A model generated the notes under the pieces. It did not search any database. It worked only from the letters and a program-made list of their open reading frames with translations, and was not told where the DNA came from. Positions 26,616 through 39,222 of a stretch of 64,000 bases of DNA are shown here, piece after piece; the stretch's first letter is position 1; every line of letters starts with the position of its first letter. A program made the position numbers and the translations under genes. Source of the stretch: an uncultured Candidatus Saccharibacteria bacterium (lineage in GTDB: Bacteria; Patescibacteriota; Minisyncoccia; Phycocordibacterales; UBA12445); the NCBI GenBank assembly GCA_964531375.1, contig CAZHDO010000004.1, positions 147-64,146 on the forward strand, written 5' to 3'.

Positions 26616-26993
26616 TTTCAATGTAACCTTTCCACCTGCGTCCTCAACTTGCTTCTTGAGAGCATCAGCAGCTGTCTTGTCCATTCCCTCCTTAATCATT
26701 GTAGGAGCTTTGTCTACTAAGTCCTTAGCTTCTTTTAAGCCAAGACCAAGAACTTCCTTAACAACCTTGATAACTGCAATCTTATTGTCTCCTGCTGCTG
26801 TTAATTCAGCATTAAAAGAAGACTTCTCAGCTGCAGCCTCACCAGCTGCTACTGGAGCAGCCATCATCATACCTCCGGCCTGTGCCTTTACTCCAAACTT
26901 CTCTTCTAATAAGTGAACTAATTCGGAAAGATCAAGAACAGACATTGTTTCGATCTTCTCTACGATATCTTTAAATTTTGCTGGAATTTCCAT
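26613..26993 (-). CDS. rplL: 50S ribosomal protein L7/L12
   Basis: LEEKFGV, KIAVIKVV, GLGLKEAKDLVDKAP. Confidence 0.98.
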   Translation of the reverse strand: MEIPAKFKDIVEKIETMSVLDLSELVHLLEEKFGVKAQAGGMMMAAPVAAGEAAAEKSSFNAELTAAGDNKIAVIKVVKEVLGLGLKEAKDLVDKAPTMIKEGMDKTAADALKKQVEDAGGKVTLK

Positions 26994-27016
26994 TTTGTTA
27001 AAATTTAATTTAATAA

Positions 27017-27538
27017 TTATTGCTTTTTCTTAGCAACCTGATCCAACACCATTACAAAGTCTCTAACAACACCGTTTACAGTGCCAACGAATCCTTGAAT
27101 TGGTGCATTCATTACATTCAAAAGTTGTGACAACAAAACTTCTCTACTTGGAACCTTTGAAAGTGCGACCATCTCGCTTTTTGAGAGGAACTTACCTTCC
27201 AAGATACCACCAATGATTGAAACCATTCCCTTGAGCTTTTTCTCAGATTCAGCAATTAGCTTAGCTGAAGTAACCTCATCTGAACCAAAAGCCAAAGCAA
27301 CTTGTCCATCCATTTGTGGTAATGTGCCAGTAATGCCAGCTTCGTTGAAAGCTCTCTTCATAAGAGTTTTCTTTGAAACTACCATCTTTACACCCTGCTC
27401 TCTTAAAGTTTTTCTAAGAGGTGTTACGTCTGAGATCTTTAGTTTATTGAAACCAACAAGCACAGTTGAAGTGGCATTCTTTACACTATCGGTCAAAGAA
27501 ACAACTAATTCCTTCTTTTTATCTTTTGTTATTGCCAT
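27017..27538 (-). CDS. rplJ: 50S ribosomal protein L10
   Basis: LRKTLR, VSKKTL, LSKVPSREVLLSQL; directly upstream of rplL. Confidence 0.97.
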   Translation of the reverse strand: MAITKDKKKELVVSLTDSVKNATSTVLVGFNKLKISDVTPLRKTLREQGVKMVVSKKTLMKRAFNEAGITGTLPQMDGQVALAFGSDEVTSAKLIAESEKKLKGMVSIIGGILEGKFLSKSEMVALSKVPSREVLLSQLLNVMNAPIQGFVGTVNGVVRDFVMVLDQVAKKKQ

Positions 27539-27554
27539 GAGTTTTTTAAAAATA

Positions 27555-27617
27555 AAAAACGGCCAAAAACCGCTTTCGACCCTCGACAGGACTTATGGAT
27601 GCCTGTTTTCTACGGTT
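27555..27617 (-). ncRNA. L10 leader (ribosomal protein autoregulatory RNA)
   Basis: Minus strand CCGTAGAAAACAGG...CCTGTCGAGGG kink-turn-like pattern immediately 5' of rplJ. Confidence 0.7.
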
Positions 27618-27712
27618 ACATTGATAAATATAGATTAAATATCAAGATTAGTCAACCAAAAAGCCTGATCTATGAAGACCAGGCTTTTTATCAAACTTTT
27701 AAATACTCTATA

Positions 27713-28555
27713 TTATTCTATCTCGTATCGAAGTGTTACGTTTACAGAAACATCCTGAGAACCAGCTTCAATCTGTGGCGCTGGTGCTGATCCGGCGGAT
27801 TCGGCCATCATATCCATCTTTGAATACATCACCCTTGGAGCATATGAATAATTATTCCCCTCCTCAATCGCTATAAGCCTTCCAATTTCGAATCCTCCAG
27901 CCTTCGCAACCATTTTGGCCTTAACTTTCGCCTTAGCAATAGCATCAGCCCTTGCACCTGCCTCAACCATTGTCTGATCATCTATACCAAAGCTGAGCTG
28001 AGAAACATCGTTTACTCCATAAGTAACAATTCCAGAAACAATATCGCCAATAGTTGAGAAATCTCGAATCTTCACTGAAACCGTCTGATTAATCGTATAT
28101 CCAACAATCTCTGGAGGAGGACATACCTTGGCAGTACCAACAACCCTAGTACAATCAAAATATTGATATCTTGGGCTTAAATTATAATTACTTGTTTTTA
28201 TATCTTTTGGAAGAACACCTTTTGATTTAACAAAGTCTATAGCCTTATTCATCTTTTCTGTATTTTCTTTCTGAATCTTACCCATATCCTTTGCGCCTTC
28301 TGTTATGACACTAAAACTAAACTGAGCAATGTCTGGAATTGCAGTCACCTTACCCTCTGACGAAACACTGAAACTTCTATATGTAGTTGGCTCGCTTGAC
28401 CTTGAGTATGAGCTCGCAACAATAAAAGCAGAATACGCAAAAGTAAGCATCATAACCGCCAAAGATATTGCAATAAGTCTTTTGGCGCAAAGTGGCATCA
28501 TTCCCATTGGCATGTTACCCATTTCCTCCCCGCAGCATTCTTTGTTTTTTTCCAT
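27713..28555 (-). CDS. SIMPL/DUF541 domain protein
   Basis: TM then VSSEGKVTAIPDIA, AIAKAKVKA, GSQDVSVNVTLRYEI. Confidence 0.9.
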   Translation of the reverse strand: MEKNKECCGEEMGNMPMGMMPLCAKRLIAISLAVMMLTFAYSAFIVASSYSRSSEPTTYRSFSVSSEGKVTAIPDIAQFSFSVITEGAKDMGKIQKENTEKMNKAIDFVKSKGVLPKDIKTSNYNLSPRYQYFDCTRVVGTAKVCPPPEIVGYTINQTVSVKIRDFSTIGDIVSGIVTYGVNDVSQLSFGIDDQTMVEAGARADAIAKAKVKAKMVAKAGGFEIGRLIAIEEGNNYSYAPRVMYSKMDMMAESAGSAPAPQIEAGSQDVSVNVTLRYEIE

Positions 28556-28584
28556 AATATTATTTCTATTATTTATAATAATTT

Positions 28585-29190
28585 TTAATTAAGATATCCC
28601 GACTCCTTAAAAACCTCCTCATAATTACTAATGGCGACTCTGGCCTCCCTCCTCTCAAGGACATAGCCAGCTTCGTGAGCAATTTTGTTTCTTATCTTAT
28701 GAGCCTCCCATGCACTTTGTAATGTTTTTAATTTGCCTTCTGGGATCGCTTTTAGTCTTTCTCCTATATTAGTACCATCATACCCTTTTTCTATCAAAAG
28801 TCTATCTAATATTTTATCTGCCTCAATAATTGCCAGCACCCAGCCAGAACTGTTTTCAGAATCCATATGAGCCGTAATTTCCTTCCATTCTTTATTAACC
28901 TTCTTATCTTCTTTTTTCTGTTCAGGTTGATTAAAAAGAGCTAGGTATTTTTCATTCTCTTTTTGTTTTAATTCAACAATTTTATAAATAGAATAAAAAA
29001 GTATATAGCTAATCAAAACAGTCAAAGTCCATAGAACGACCTGTAATTTAAAACCGCCAAATCCGCCAATCATATCATTCCAAAAATAAAAAACATAAGT
29101 AATATAATCAGGCAAATTAAAAACAGCCTTATAAACAAGATTGAAAATATATTCGATATTGAAAAAATTTATATTGTCGAAATAAGTCAT
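28585..29190 (-). CDS. Conserved membrane-anchored hypothetical protein with RNKIAH motif
   Basis: TM helix; AIIEADKILD, GERLK, AWEAHKIRNKIAHE. Confidence 0.7.
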   Translation of the reverse strand: MTYFDNINFFNIEYIFNLVYKAVFNLPDYITYVFYFWNDMIGGFGGFKLQVVLWTLTVLISYILFYSIYKIVELKQKENEKYLALFNQPEQKKEDKKVNKEWKEITAHMDSENSSGWVLAIIEADKILDRLLIEKGYDGTNIGERLKAIPEGKLKTLQSAWEAHKIRNKIAHEAGYVLERREARVAISNYEEVFKESGYLN

Positions 29191-29281
29191 AAGTTAGAAG
29201 TAAATATATTTTAACATAAAAAAACAAAAAATAAATTACTAATTTATGAGCGAGTTTCGCAGTATTAGAATATGCAAAATA

Positions 29282-30712
29282 CTACTTAAAAATCTTTTCC
29301 ACCTCCCTGCCCAATTCAAACAAAACATCTTCTCTAAAATGTGGCGCCTGAATCTGAAAACCAACCGGAAGTTTAACTCCATCTTTTTCAGTAAAACCAC
29401 ATGGCACAGATATCGCAGGTATACCAGCAATGTTTGCAGGTACGGTAAAAATATCTTCCAAGTACATCGTAAGAGGATCGCTCGTTTTCTCCCCTATCTT
29501 AAAAGCAACAGAAGGGGTTGTTGGAGTGACAAAAGCACAAACAGCTTCGGGCCCGCCAAAAATTTTATTTAAATCAGAACGAATAAGATTCCTAACTTCC
29601 TCGGCTTTTTTATAATAAGCATCGTAATAACCAGAAGAAAGAACATAATTACCAAGCATTATTCTCCTCCTAACTTCCTTTCCAAAACCAGCAGTTCTAG
29701 ATTTTACATAATCCCCCAAAAGCCCTACCCCATCAAGATGAAGTCCATAACGTACTCCATCAAACCTCGCAAGATTAGTAGAAACTTCCGCAGGCATTAC
29801 TACATAATAAGCAGGAAGCGAATAACCAATATTTTTAAGTTCAATATCTACAATTTCGTAACCAGCTTTTTTCAAACCCTCCAGGGTTTTCTCAAAATTC
29901 TCTTTCACTTCTGGTGCGACACCTTTGTCCAAAAACCCCCTCGGAACCCCAATTCTTTTGTTTAAATTTTGATTTTTCTGAACAGGATATTCCTGACTTG
30001 TAGAATCTTTTGAATCTTTACCCTTCATCACATTAAACAAAATCTCAACATCTTCGACATTTTTTGCAAAAGGGCTTATCTGGTCAAGCGAGCTTCCCAT
30101 CGCGATAGCGCCATATCGAGAAACTGCTCCATAAGTAGGCTTTAGTCCAATTATCCCGCAAAAGCTGGCTGGCTGCCTTACAGAGCCTCCAGTGTCGGTT
30201 CCAAGTGCCCCGAGCGCGAAATCTGCAACAACAGAGGCCGCAGAACCTCCAGAAGAGCCCCCAGGAACTCTTGAATGATCAAGTGGGTTTTTTGTAATTT
30301 TATATGCAGAATTCTCAGTAGAGCTACCCATGGCAAATTCGTCCATGTTCGTTCTTCCTAAGATTACAGCACCCTCTTTTTTTAGATTTGAAATAACAGT
30401 TGCATCATAAACTGCGCGGTGATTTTCTAAAATCTTTGAACCAGCAGAGGCAATCTTTCCTTCAATAAGAATATTGTCCTTAAAAACCATCGGTATGCCT
30501 AACAGCGCGCCAGTTTTATCTCCCGCCTTAATTCTTTCATCTATTTTCTTGGCAGTTTCTATTGCGTCATCAAAAACCTCAAGCAGGGCACCAATCTCGC
30601 CATCTTTTTCTTTAATATTCTGAATACAAGCCTCAGTAAGTTCCGTCGCAGTAATCTCTCCATTCTTAATAGACCCAACCGCTTTTTTAATTGTAAGATT
30701 TTTTATATCCAT
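29282..30712 (-). CDS. gatA: Asp/Glu-tRNA amidotransferase subunit A
   Basis: NMDEFAMGSSTENS, PGGSSGGSAA, GTDTGGSVRQPA, ARFDGVRYG. Confidence 0.98.
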   Translation of the reverse strand: MDIKNLTIKKAVGSIKNGEITATELTEACIQNIKEKDGEIGALLEVFDDAIETAKKIDERIKAGDKTGALLGIPMVFKDNILIEGKIASAGSKILENHRAVYDATVISNLKKEGAVILGRTNMDEFAMGSSTENSAYKITKNPLDHSRVPGGSSGGSAASVVADFALGALGTDTGGSVRQPASFCGIIGLKPTYGAVSRYGAIAMGSSLDQISPFAKNVEDVEILFNVMKGKDSKDSTSQEYPVQKNQNLNKRIGVPRGFLDKGVAPEVKENFEKTLEGLKKAGYEIVDIELKNIGYSLPAYYVVMPAEVSTNLARFDGVRYGLHLDGVGLLGDYVKSRTAGFGKEVRRRIMLGNYVLSSGYYDAYYKKAEEVRNLIRSDLNKIFGGPEAVCAFVTPTTPSVAFKIGEKTSDPLTMYLEDIFTVPANIAGIPAISVPCGFTEKDGVKLPVGFQIQAPHFREDVLFELGREVEKIFK

Positions 30713-30728
30713 TCGTAATTATTAATTC

Positions 30729-31025
30729 CTAACTATTCCTCTTCTCCCCCATGACCTGTTTAACCACAACATACCCGTCTTTTATTTTTGGGGCATTTTT
30801 TAATATAGCATCAGTATATTCTCCAGAATCGTGAGCCTCTATATCTTCTCTAAAAACATTAATGTGTTTTTTATCACCTGCATATTCAACCACAGGAGCA
30901 TCTTTTAACTGCGACACATAGTCAAGAATCGAACCCAAATCCGTTTGCATTTTGGTTTTCTCCTCTTCTGTGAGCTCTATCCTCCCCAACTCCGCAAGCT
31001 TTTCTATTTCTTTTATTGTAATCAT
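30729..31025 (-). CDS. gatC: Asp/Glu-tRNA amidotransferase subunit C
   Basis: LAELGRI, ILDYVSQL, NVFRED, LKNAP; adjacent to gatA. Confidence 0.95.
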   Translation of the reverse strand: MITIKEIEKLAELGRIELTEEEKTKMQTDLGSILDYVSQLKDAPVVEYAGDKKHINVFREDIEAHDSGEYTDAILKNAPKIKDGYVVVKQVMGEKRNS

Positions 31026-31065
31026 TTATAAATAAATCCTAGCACTTTTAAAGAATTTTTTAAAA

Positions 31066-33186
<2,121 letters not shown>

Positions 33187-33207
33187 TTAAGCGAAAAATT
33201 ATTTTAA

Positions 33208-35034
33208 TTATTGTTCGATTATATCGCCACCAGTGGTTCCAACAAACAGATCTCTTGAGGAATAGACAGGATTTTCTACAGGAGCACACCCTGGAGCAGG
33301 ATCAATACTTACCTCAAAATTAACCCTATAGTTATGAGCTGGGGTAAACACCCAAGAAGATTTTGTTTTTAGTTTAAGATCCATAATAAGTGGATCGCTA
33401 GAATTAGCAAAAGTACTCATTTTTTGTGTCCCATCAACTGCCTTATTAAAAGACACCTCCATAGTACCTAATGTCATAGGACTACCATTCGTAATATCTG
33501 TAATGTTTAAAAGCTTGAATGTCAATTTTGAATCATTACAGTGATTATTTATATCGCCAATAATAAAAGCAACAGGTGTTCCGTCTGCTTTTGTTACAGG
33601 TGCTATGTTAGAAGTACCAAACTTAGCATTAAGTCGACCTTCACTACCCTGCACAACTATAATACCCTTTGACGAAAAACTACTAGCATCATTAAACGCA
33701 AAACTTGTTCCACGATTACTACACTGTTCTATTAAAGCACCCGCCCCTGTACCCACCTTAACAGACATAGTTACCTTGTCAGTATTGCTATAGTTTCTCT
33801 GGCAAGCTACACCAGAACATGCTGGATTAATAGTTTGATCAACCCCATTCACCTTCTCATTCCAAACAACAGTTGGATTAATAGTCGTGCCATCATATTT
33901 ATACAATCTCCATATGTAGGACCCATTTGGCTGCGCTGTACCGTCTACAGGAGTAGAAGCGAGCAAACTACCTCTTTCCAGCTGACAAGCTGTTATACAA
34001 AGAGGGCCTGATGTAATTGTTTTCTGTACGACTCCATTACTATTTCCCACAGTTACGCAAGAATTTCCTCCAGCCCCCCCGGTACAAGCTGGACATTGGC
34101 CGCCACAATCTAGACCCGTTTCAAGAGTTGGCTCAAAAACACCATCTGTGCAGTGATTACTACCACCAACACCACCACCAATAGGACAAGCAGAGCAGGA
34201 AGGACCACCACAATCCACTCCAGTTTCGGAACCATTCATAACTCCATCAGAACAAGTGGGTGTCGCTGGAACTATGTGATAATTAAAAGCAATCCAACCA
34301 GGAAACTGTGGGGACCTGTTATCTTTCTCCGGATCAGGACCCTCTTCTCCTCCACCCCAAGCACAACCGTAAAAAGAATTGCCTCCTACAGAAAATTTAT
34401 CGCGAATATCACATCCATACCCATCTGGTTTTGGGTTGTTAGAGGGGTTGTACATAACCTGATAACCAGGACCAGACATTCTTATCCAACCATCCCAACC
34501 ACCTCGTGCCGTACTAGACTTCAAAGCACCACTGCAGTTATTAGCATAAACAGTACATGCCCTAGCCCAACCTTTAATCTTGGTAGAACTATTATTATCA
34601 AACTCAGCCCAAACCGGAGCGGGGTCATCTGGTGGATTATCAGAACCTAGATTAATAGCTCTTTCGCTCCCTGAATCAGGACCAAAACTTATGTACCCCC
34701 CAGACCTACCATTATCACCCCCTCCGATATTTGAACTCCAAGCATAACCCGTCAACTGAGTTCCATTAATATTAACCCCATAAGGATATGCTGGCTCTAC
34801 ACCAGTACCCTCACATCTTCCGATGTCTATCTTTCCATCTCCAACACCATTATTCTCCGAGTCACAATTCGAACTACTAAAACTTATCCATCCAAGACTG
34901 TGACTCCAAGCCCAGCCAGTAACAGGGATAGTTGCCGCCGATGTTTGTAGCGCTCCATTTCCTGAGAAAAATAAAACTGGACCAAATACAACAAGAAGAA
35001 GCGTTAATAATAAAAGATGGTGACGATGGAACAT
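33208..35034 (-). CDS. Secreted Cys/Gly-rich surface protein, candidate pilus-associated adhesin
   Basis: Signal peptide; GWAWS..GWISF repeats; two C.DG...ETG.DCGG.C..C repeats; follows the minor pilins. Confidence 0.7.
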   Translation of the reverse strand: MFHRHHLLLLTLLLVVFGPVLFFSGNGALQTSAATIPVTGWAWSHSLGWISFSSSNCDSENNGVGDGKIDIGRCEGTGVEPAYPYGVNINGTQLTGYAWSSNIGGGDNGRSGGYISFGPDSGSERAINLGSDNPPDDPAPVWAEFDNNSSTKIKGWARACTVYANNCSGALKSSTARGGWDGWIRMSGPGYQVMYNPSNNPKPDGYGCDIRDKFSVGGNSFYGCAWGGGEEGPDPEKDNRSPQFPGWIAFNYHIVPATPTCSDGVMNGSETGVDCGGPSCSACPIGGGVGGSNHCTDGVFEPTLETGLDCGGQCPACTGGAGGNSCVTVGNSNGVVQKTITSGPLCITACQLERGSLLASTPVDGTAQPNGSYIWRLYKYDGTTINPTVVWNEKVNGVDQTINPACSGVACQRNYSNTDKVTMSVKVGTGAGALIEQCSNRGTSFAFNDASSFSSKGIIVVQGSEGRLNAKFGTSNIAPVTKADGTPVAFIIGDINNHCNDSKLTFKLLNITDITNGSPMTLGTMEVSFNKAVDGTQKMSTFANSSDPLIMDLKLKTKSSWVFTPAHNYRVNFEVSIDPAPGCAPVENPVYSSRDLFVGTTGGDIIEQ

Positions 35035-35100
35035 AAAAATTTTAATAAAATTTATTAATAATGGTTTATATAGATATTATAACATAAAAAATATATTTTT

Positions 35101-35763
35101 TTACAATTTTCTATAAACTAATTTTCTCTCTACCACCCTACCTTGTTCCGGATTTCCGTCTGGGCCACAAGCAACATTATAACCACGTGCAACTATTTTA
35201 CCTTTCTTGGCTAATGGATCATTACAATCATCAGTACCGCTACCATCGTTACAAAAAGTTATTTTAACGCAAGTTCTTGGAATTTCTGGATCTACGACGT
35301 ACCCAGAAAGACTAATGTTCCCGCCCCCTGCGTTGAAAGAAACAGTTGTTCCATTTTGTATTTTATTTACTTCGTCTAAAAATTCTGGTGAGCCCGCTCC
35401 AATCTTTTTAAGTCTTTCAAGATTACAATATGCACCAGCAGGAGGTGTAGGTCCGCCTGGGATAGGAGTGCTATACCAATATCTTCCACATTCAAGTCCA
35501 GAATCAGCGGCATAGAGTGCCATTTGAGAATCTCTTTGGACAGAGGCAAGGTATATTTGTTTAACCATAATCCTAGTCACTGCAAGTCCGGCTGTCAGAA
35601 TAACGCTAGAAATAAGTAGAGAAAAAAGAAGTATAAAACCTTTTTTTGCAAAAAAGTCTTTTTTGTTTTTAACAACAGTAATTGTGTCTGCTTGTTTATT
35701 TTTTTTAAACACAGAATCCTTTTTATTAATCAATCTTATTTTTGCACCTAAAAAATTATTCAT
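35101..35763 (-). CDS. PilX/GspK-like minor pilin
   Basis: KKGF-ILLFSLL class III signal lacking E5; ALYAADSGLEC. Confidence 0.8.
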   Translation of the reverse strand: MNNFLGAKIRLINKKDSVFKKNKQADTITVVKNKKDFFAKKGFILLFSLLISSVILTAGLAVTRIMVKQIYLASVQRDSQMALYAADSGLECGRYWYSTPIPGGPTPPAGAYCNLERLKKIGAGSPEFLDEVNKIQNGTTVSFNAGGGNISLSGYVVDPEIPRTCVKITFCNDGSGTDDCNDPLAKKGKIVARGYNVACGPDGNPEQGRVVERKLVYRKL

Positions 35764-35771
35764 TGAAATAA

Positions 35772-36389
35772 TTATAGCTTAAACATATTTTCACTAACGA
35801 TTACACTTCTAGGAATACCGTTTTTTGCGGTCCAAGAAACAGCTGAAGTAACCAAAATTTCAGTACAACTCGAATCAGTACAACCCGAAGGATTAACTCC
35901 ATTTACGACAATTTTTCTAGAGAAAATAGTATCTGGGTTTACACCACTCTGACAACTACTCTTTGAGCCAAAAGTGTCTCCATAAATAACAATACCACCA
36001 TCATTACAATTTTTTAACGGAGCTGCGGTACTAGAAAAAGAACTTTCAAGATGAGTCGGGGTTTGCCATACATCAAAAGTACAACCACTAGAACATGTAC
36101 TTATAAGACTCGCGGGACTACTACCAGTGATGTCCGGTAATTTTAACCACTCGCTCCCTCCTGACTTTAAATTCGTATCTCTAATGTTTCTTATTGCATC
36201 CAATGTCTCGTTTGCAAGATAAAAAGCAGTAATTTCATCTTTAGCATACTGAGAATAAGAAAGACCTTTCGAGGCCAACGAGAGTGGACCAGTAACCGCA
36301 ATTACAAGAATAGAAACAGCAACAAGGGTTTCAATAATAGTAAAACCCGCATTTTTTATGTTATTTCTAATTCTAATTTTATAATTCAT
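35772..36389 (-). CDS. PilV-like minor pilin
   Basis: GFTIIETLVAVSIL, AFYLANE, IRNIRD. Confidence 0.85.
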   Translation of the reverse strand: MNYKIRIRNNIKNAGFTIIETLVAVSILVIAVTGPLSLASKGLSYSQYAKDEITAFYLANETLDAIRNIRDTNLKSGGSEWLKLPDITGSSPASLISTCSSGCTFDVWQTPTHLESSFSSTAAPLKNCNDGGIVIYGDTFGSKSSCQSGVNPDTIFSRKIVVNGVNPSGCTDSSCTEILVTSAVSWTAKNGIPRSVIVSENMFKL

Positions 36390-36398
36390 AATTCACAA

Positions 36399-37112
36399 TT
36401 AATTTATACCGCTTCTCTGTGATACTGTTGTTTGAATATTAAATGGGGTTTTTAATTTTTCTCCTCCAGCGTTTGCCCCCGCAACGAATTCTCCATTTAA
36501 ATCAATGATAGTTATGGGTTGTTGTTTATTGGCACTTACGTCCGGGTTTACTACATAAAACTGTCCATCATTAACAAGAACCTCAGGAGAAATAAGATTA
36601 GAAAAATCAGAGATATTCCATGGAAGTGTATTACAGGAATTTTCGCCTTCTTGATCGGTTGTTTTCTCCGCATACTTTAAAGTGCCGTTTCGGGTTATTG
36701 TTCCTGTTACCGAATCTTTAACTGTAGATTCAACAATATACGCATAGCATTTATAAGAGATACATTTCAGATCTGTCCAATCATACTCATCACAAGCCCC
36801 CTTGAATACGACGCCCTTAGTTGCCTGGCCGTTTGTACAAGTGGCAGGAGTACCAATGCTCCCATCTAGATTCAAGACCACACAACTATAGTCCTTACCC
36901 GTTCTTAAGTTCCTGGTTATATCTTCAATAGCGAAATTAAGATTATCTACAACAGCGCGAACTGCCTGTGCCTTTTTGTTCGCATCACTCAAAAGAAGTA
37001 ACGCACCAATAACAACCACCATAACAATACTAAAAATAGAAATAGAGACCATCATTTCGATAAGAGTGAAGCCGGTATTTATTTTTTTATTTTTATTAAA
37101 AGAAGCTACCAT
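36399..37112 (-). CDS. PilW-like minor pilin
   Basis: GFTLIEMMVSISIF, ITRNLR, QTTVSQR. Confidence 0.85.
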   Translation of the reverse strand: MVASFNKNKKINTGFTLIEMMVSISIFSIVMVVVIGALLLLSDANKKAQAVRAVVDNLNFAIEDITRNLRTGKDYSCVVLNLDGSIGTPATCTNGQATKGVVFKGACDEYDWTDLKCISYKCYAYIVESTVKDSVTGTITRNGTLKYAEKTTDQEGENSCNTLPWNISDFSNLISPEVLVNDGQFYVVNPDVSANKQQPITIIDLNGEFVAGANAGGEKLKTPFNIQTTVSQRSGIN

Positions 37113-37113
37113 T

Positions 37114-38004
37114 TTATTTGTCTATTGAAATTTGACCATTTGCCCAAGCTACGACCACTCTCGTTTCTCCGTTATCATCTGAGGTAACAACTATTCCAAA
37201 ATTATTTATATAACGATTCAAGGGATCGGCGGACATGTTCCCGTTTTCACTACCCCAAAGGTCTCCGCTAGACATCTTGGTTGTTATAATAGCTTTTAAT
37301 TTTGGCCTTCTATATACAATATCAATGGAGGCACCAGGAATCAATTTAGGTATCAAGGCCTCTTTTCGACACTCATCCACCCTTGCGTTTTTATCCCATT
37401 CTTTACCAGTAATTCTATTGTAACCCATTGTCGAACTATTCATATAGTTCAAACAGATATCCGTAATTTTATCTTTGCCTGTCACAACATAAGGCTGAAG
37501 ACACTCATTTTCAATACCAGCTGCAAAACTTGGAGAACCACAAGAAACTGGGGGGTTTTTTACACATTTAGATTCGTCGTTCATGCAAATATCAGATGCT
37601 TCATTATAGACATTATAATTTGGATTATCAGACAGATACCCCAGAGAATTCGTTAACTTACTGGACAAGTCGGCAAAAACTACGAAACGGTAGTCCTTTG
37701 AAGTTCCGTTTATGATTCGAGCACTCTCATCATCTGGATTTGGGAAACTTACACCATATGCGTCGGCAATTTCGCTATTTGCACCAACACCCATAACCGT
37801 CGTACCAAATACTTGAGCCTGGCGGAGAGAAAGGGCGATGTCTTGGGCGAGAAGGTCGAGGGAAAGCTTGCTATTCATCTTCGGAAAACCAGCGAAAGAT
37901 ATGGTGGCGATTACAGCGGAAATACTAATAACAATCAGGAGTTCGAATAGAGAAAAACCTTTATTTTGGCGTTTGTTGTTATTTTTACTTCGGTTATAAA
38001 TCAT
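37114..38004 (-). CDS. FimT/GspH-like minor pilin
   Basis: GFSLFELLIVISI, LRQAQ. Confidence 0.85.
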   Translation of the reverse strand: MIYNRSKNNNKRQNKGFSLFELLIVISISAVIATISFAGFPKMNSKLSLDLLAQDIALSLRQAQVFGTTVMGVGANSEIADAYGVSFPNPDDESARIINGTSKDYRFVVFADLSSKLTNSLGYLSDNPNYNVYNEASDICMNDESKCVKNPPVSCGSPSFAAGIENECLQPYVVTGKDKITDICLNYMNSSTMGYNRITGKEWDKNARVDECRKEALIPKLIPGASIDIVYRRPKLKAIITTKMSSGDLWGSENGNMSADPLNRYINNFGIVVTSDDNGETRVVVAWANGQISIDK

Positions 38005-38071
38005 TTTTATATTTTGCCACTTACCACCTTATTATACAAAATATTTTCAACATAATACAGTTACTTTTCCC

Positions 38072-38875
38072 CTACCCTAAACATACGGCAATACCGCTCA
38101 CCAAAAGGCCAATTACGTCAAAATTAAAAACAAAGGCGACAAATGTTGAAAAAATTAAAAATGGGGCGAAGGGAATTTCTTTATCAAAGTCGAATTTCTT
38201 ACCTTTTCTTAAACTTGATATTTTGGCGACGAACATAATAAGTAATCCAACGATAGAACCGACAAAAAAAGATAACATTACGGCGCTTATATTCTGGCAA
38301 AAAGGAAGAAGCCACCCTATGCCAAGAACAAGTTTGGCATCACCAAACCCCATCCACGAACCATCAGATATCCACCAAAGCGTCGCAAAAAATGCTGAGA
38401 TAGCGAGGCCAGAAAAGAAGTCGTGGAAGAAATCTCCCTTTCCTAAATTAAAATCGAGAATCATTCTTAAAAAAGACAGTGCTATAAAGGCAAAAACAAG
38501 ACCATCAGGAATTATTTTGTGTCGATAGTCATAAACAGCAATAACGAGAAGAATAGAGAAAACTGTTAAATAAAGAGCGAGAATTGGAACAAATGAAACC
38601 TTGTATGCGACAAGAAGAAAAGCGAGACCAGTCAACACCTCGACGATCGGATACTGGATAGAAATCTTTGTTTTACAATAAGCGCACTTCCCCATTAGGA
38701 AAATATAGCTAAGAACAGGAACAAGATGAATCCAGCTTAAAGTCTTACTGCAAGAAAAACACATCGATCGCCCACCAAAAGTTTTGCCAGTGTTATAACG
38801 AAGAATTACAACATTCAAAAAACTACCGATAATTGTTCCGAGAATAAAAGTGGCTATAAAAAGTATTGTATCCAT
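38072..38875 (-). CDS. pilD: Prepilin peptidase (start ATG 38875, not 39178)
   Basis: GSFLNVVILR, two CxxC, YPIVE, MGFGDAKL, IPFAPFL; extended -10 lies 7 nt before the ATG. Confidence 0.95.
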   Translation of the reverse strand: MDTILFIATFILGTIIGSFLNVVILRYNTGKTFGGRSMCFSCSKTLSWIHLVPVLSYIFLMGKCAYCKTKISIQYPIVEVLTGLAFLLVAYKVSFVPILALYLTVFSILLVIAVYDYRHKIIPDGLVFAFIALSFLRMILDFNLGKGDFFHDFFSGLAISAFFATLWWISDGSWMGFGDAKLVLGIGWLLPFCQNISAVMLSFFVGSIVGLLIMFVAKISSLRKGKKFDFDKEIPFAPFLIFSTFVAFVFNFDVIGLLVSGIAVCLG

Positions 38876-38928
38876 TGGGTAAATTATATCATAAACAAAA
38901 ATCAAAAAGTAACTGTGGATATCTATGC

Positions 38929-39196
38929 TTTGGAAACGACGTTTCCAAAAAAGAAAGTAAACAAAATAGACAGCGGGAAACATTGCTTTTAAAAAATAAA
39001 CTACGCTTGGGGTTCGGAACTCTTCGGGAGAGGAGGAGGGAGTTCTGAACCCTGCTGGCTGCGGGAAACGTGGCTTCCAGGGGAAGACACGTTTCGTAAG
39101 TGGGAATGTGCTTCGCAAGTGGGAATGTGTTTGTGGGTTGGAGTGCGTTAAAAGACCAATAGCAAAACATCGTTTCACTTTGGAAACGATGTTTTG
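38929..39196. repeat. Cluster of GAAACG-type palindromic hairpins (block 1)
   Basis: Hairpins at 38929-49, 39009-52, 39065-95 and 39163-96; homologous to block 2. Confidence 0.85.
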
Positions 39197-39222
39197 GAAT
39201 GCGTAAAATTTTCGACTTAAAC

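Noticed and set aside
38876-39178. N-terminal extension of pilD, and ORFs 38889-39170 and 40895-41161 sharing ETCLP.EATF
   Set aside because: These are translations of the palindromic repeat blocks; the real pilD start is ATG 38875
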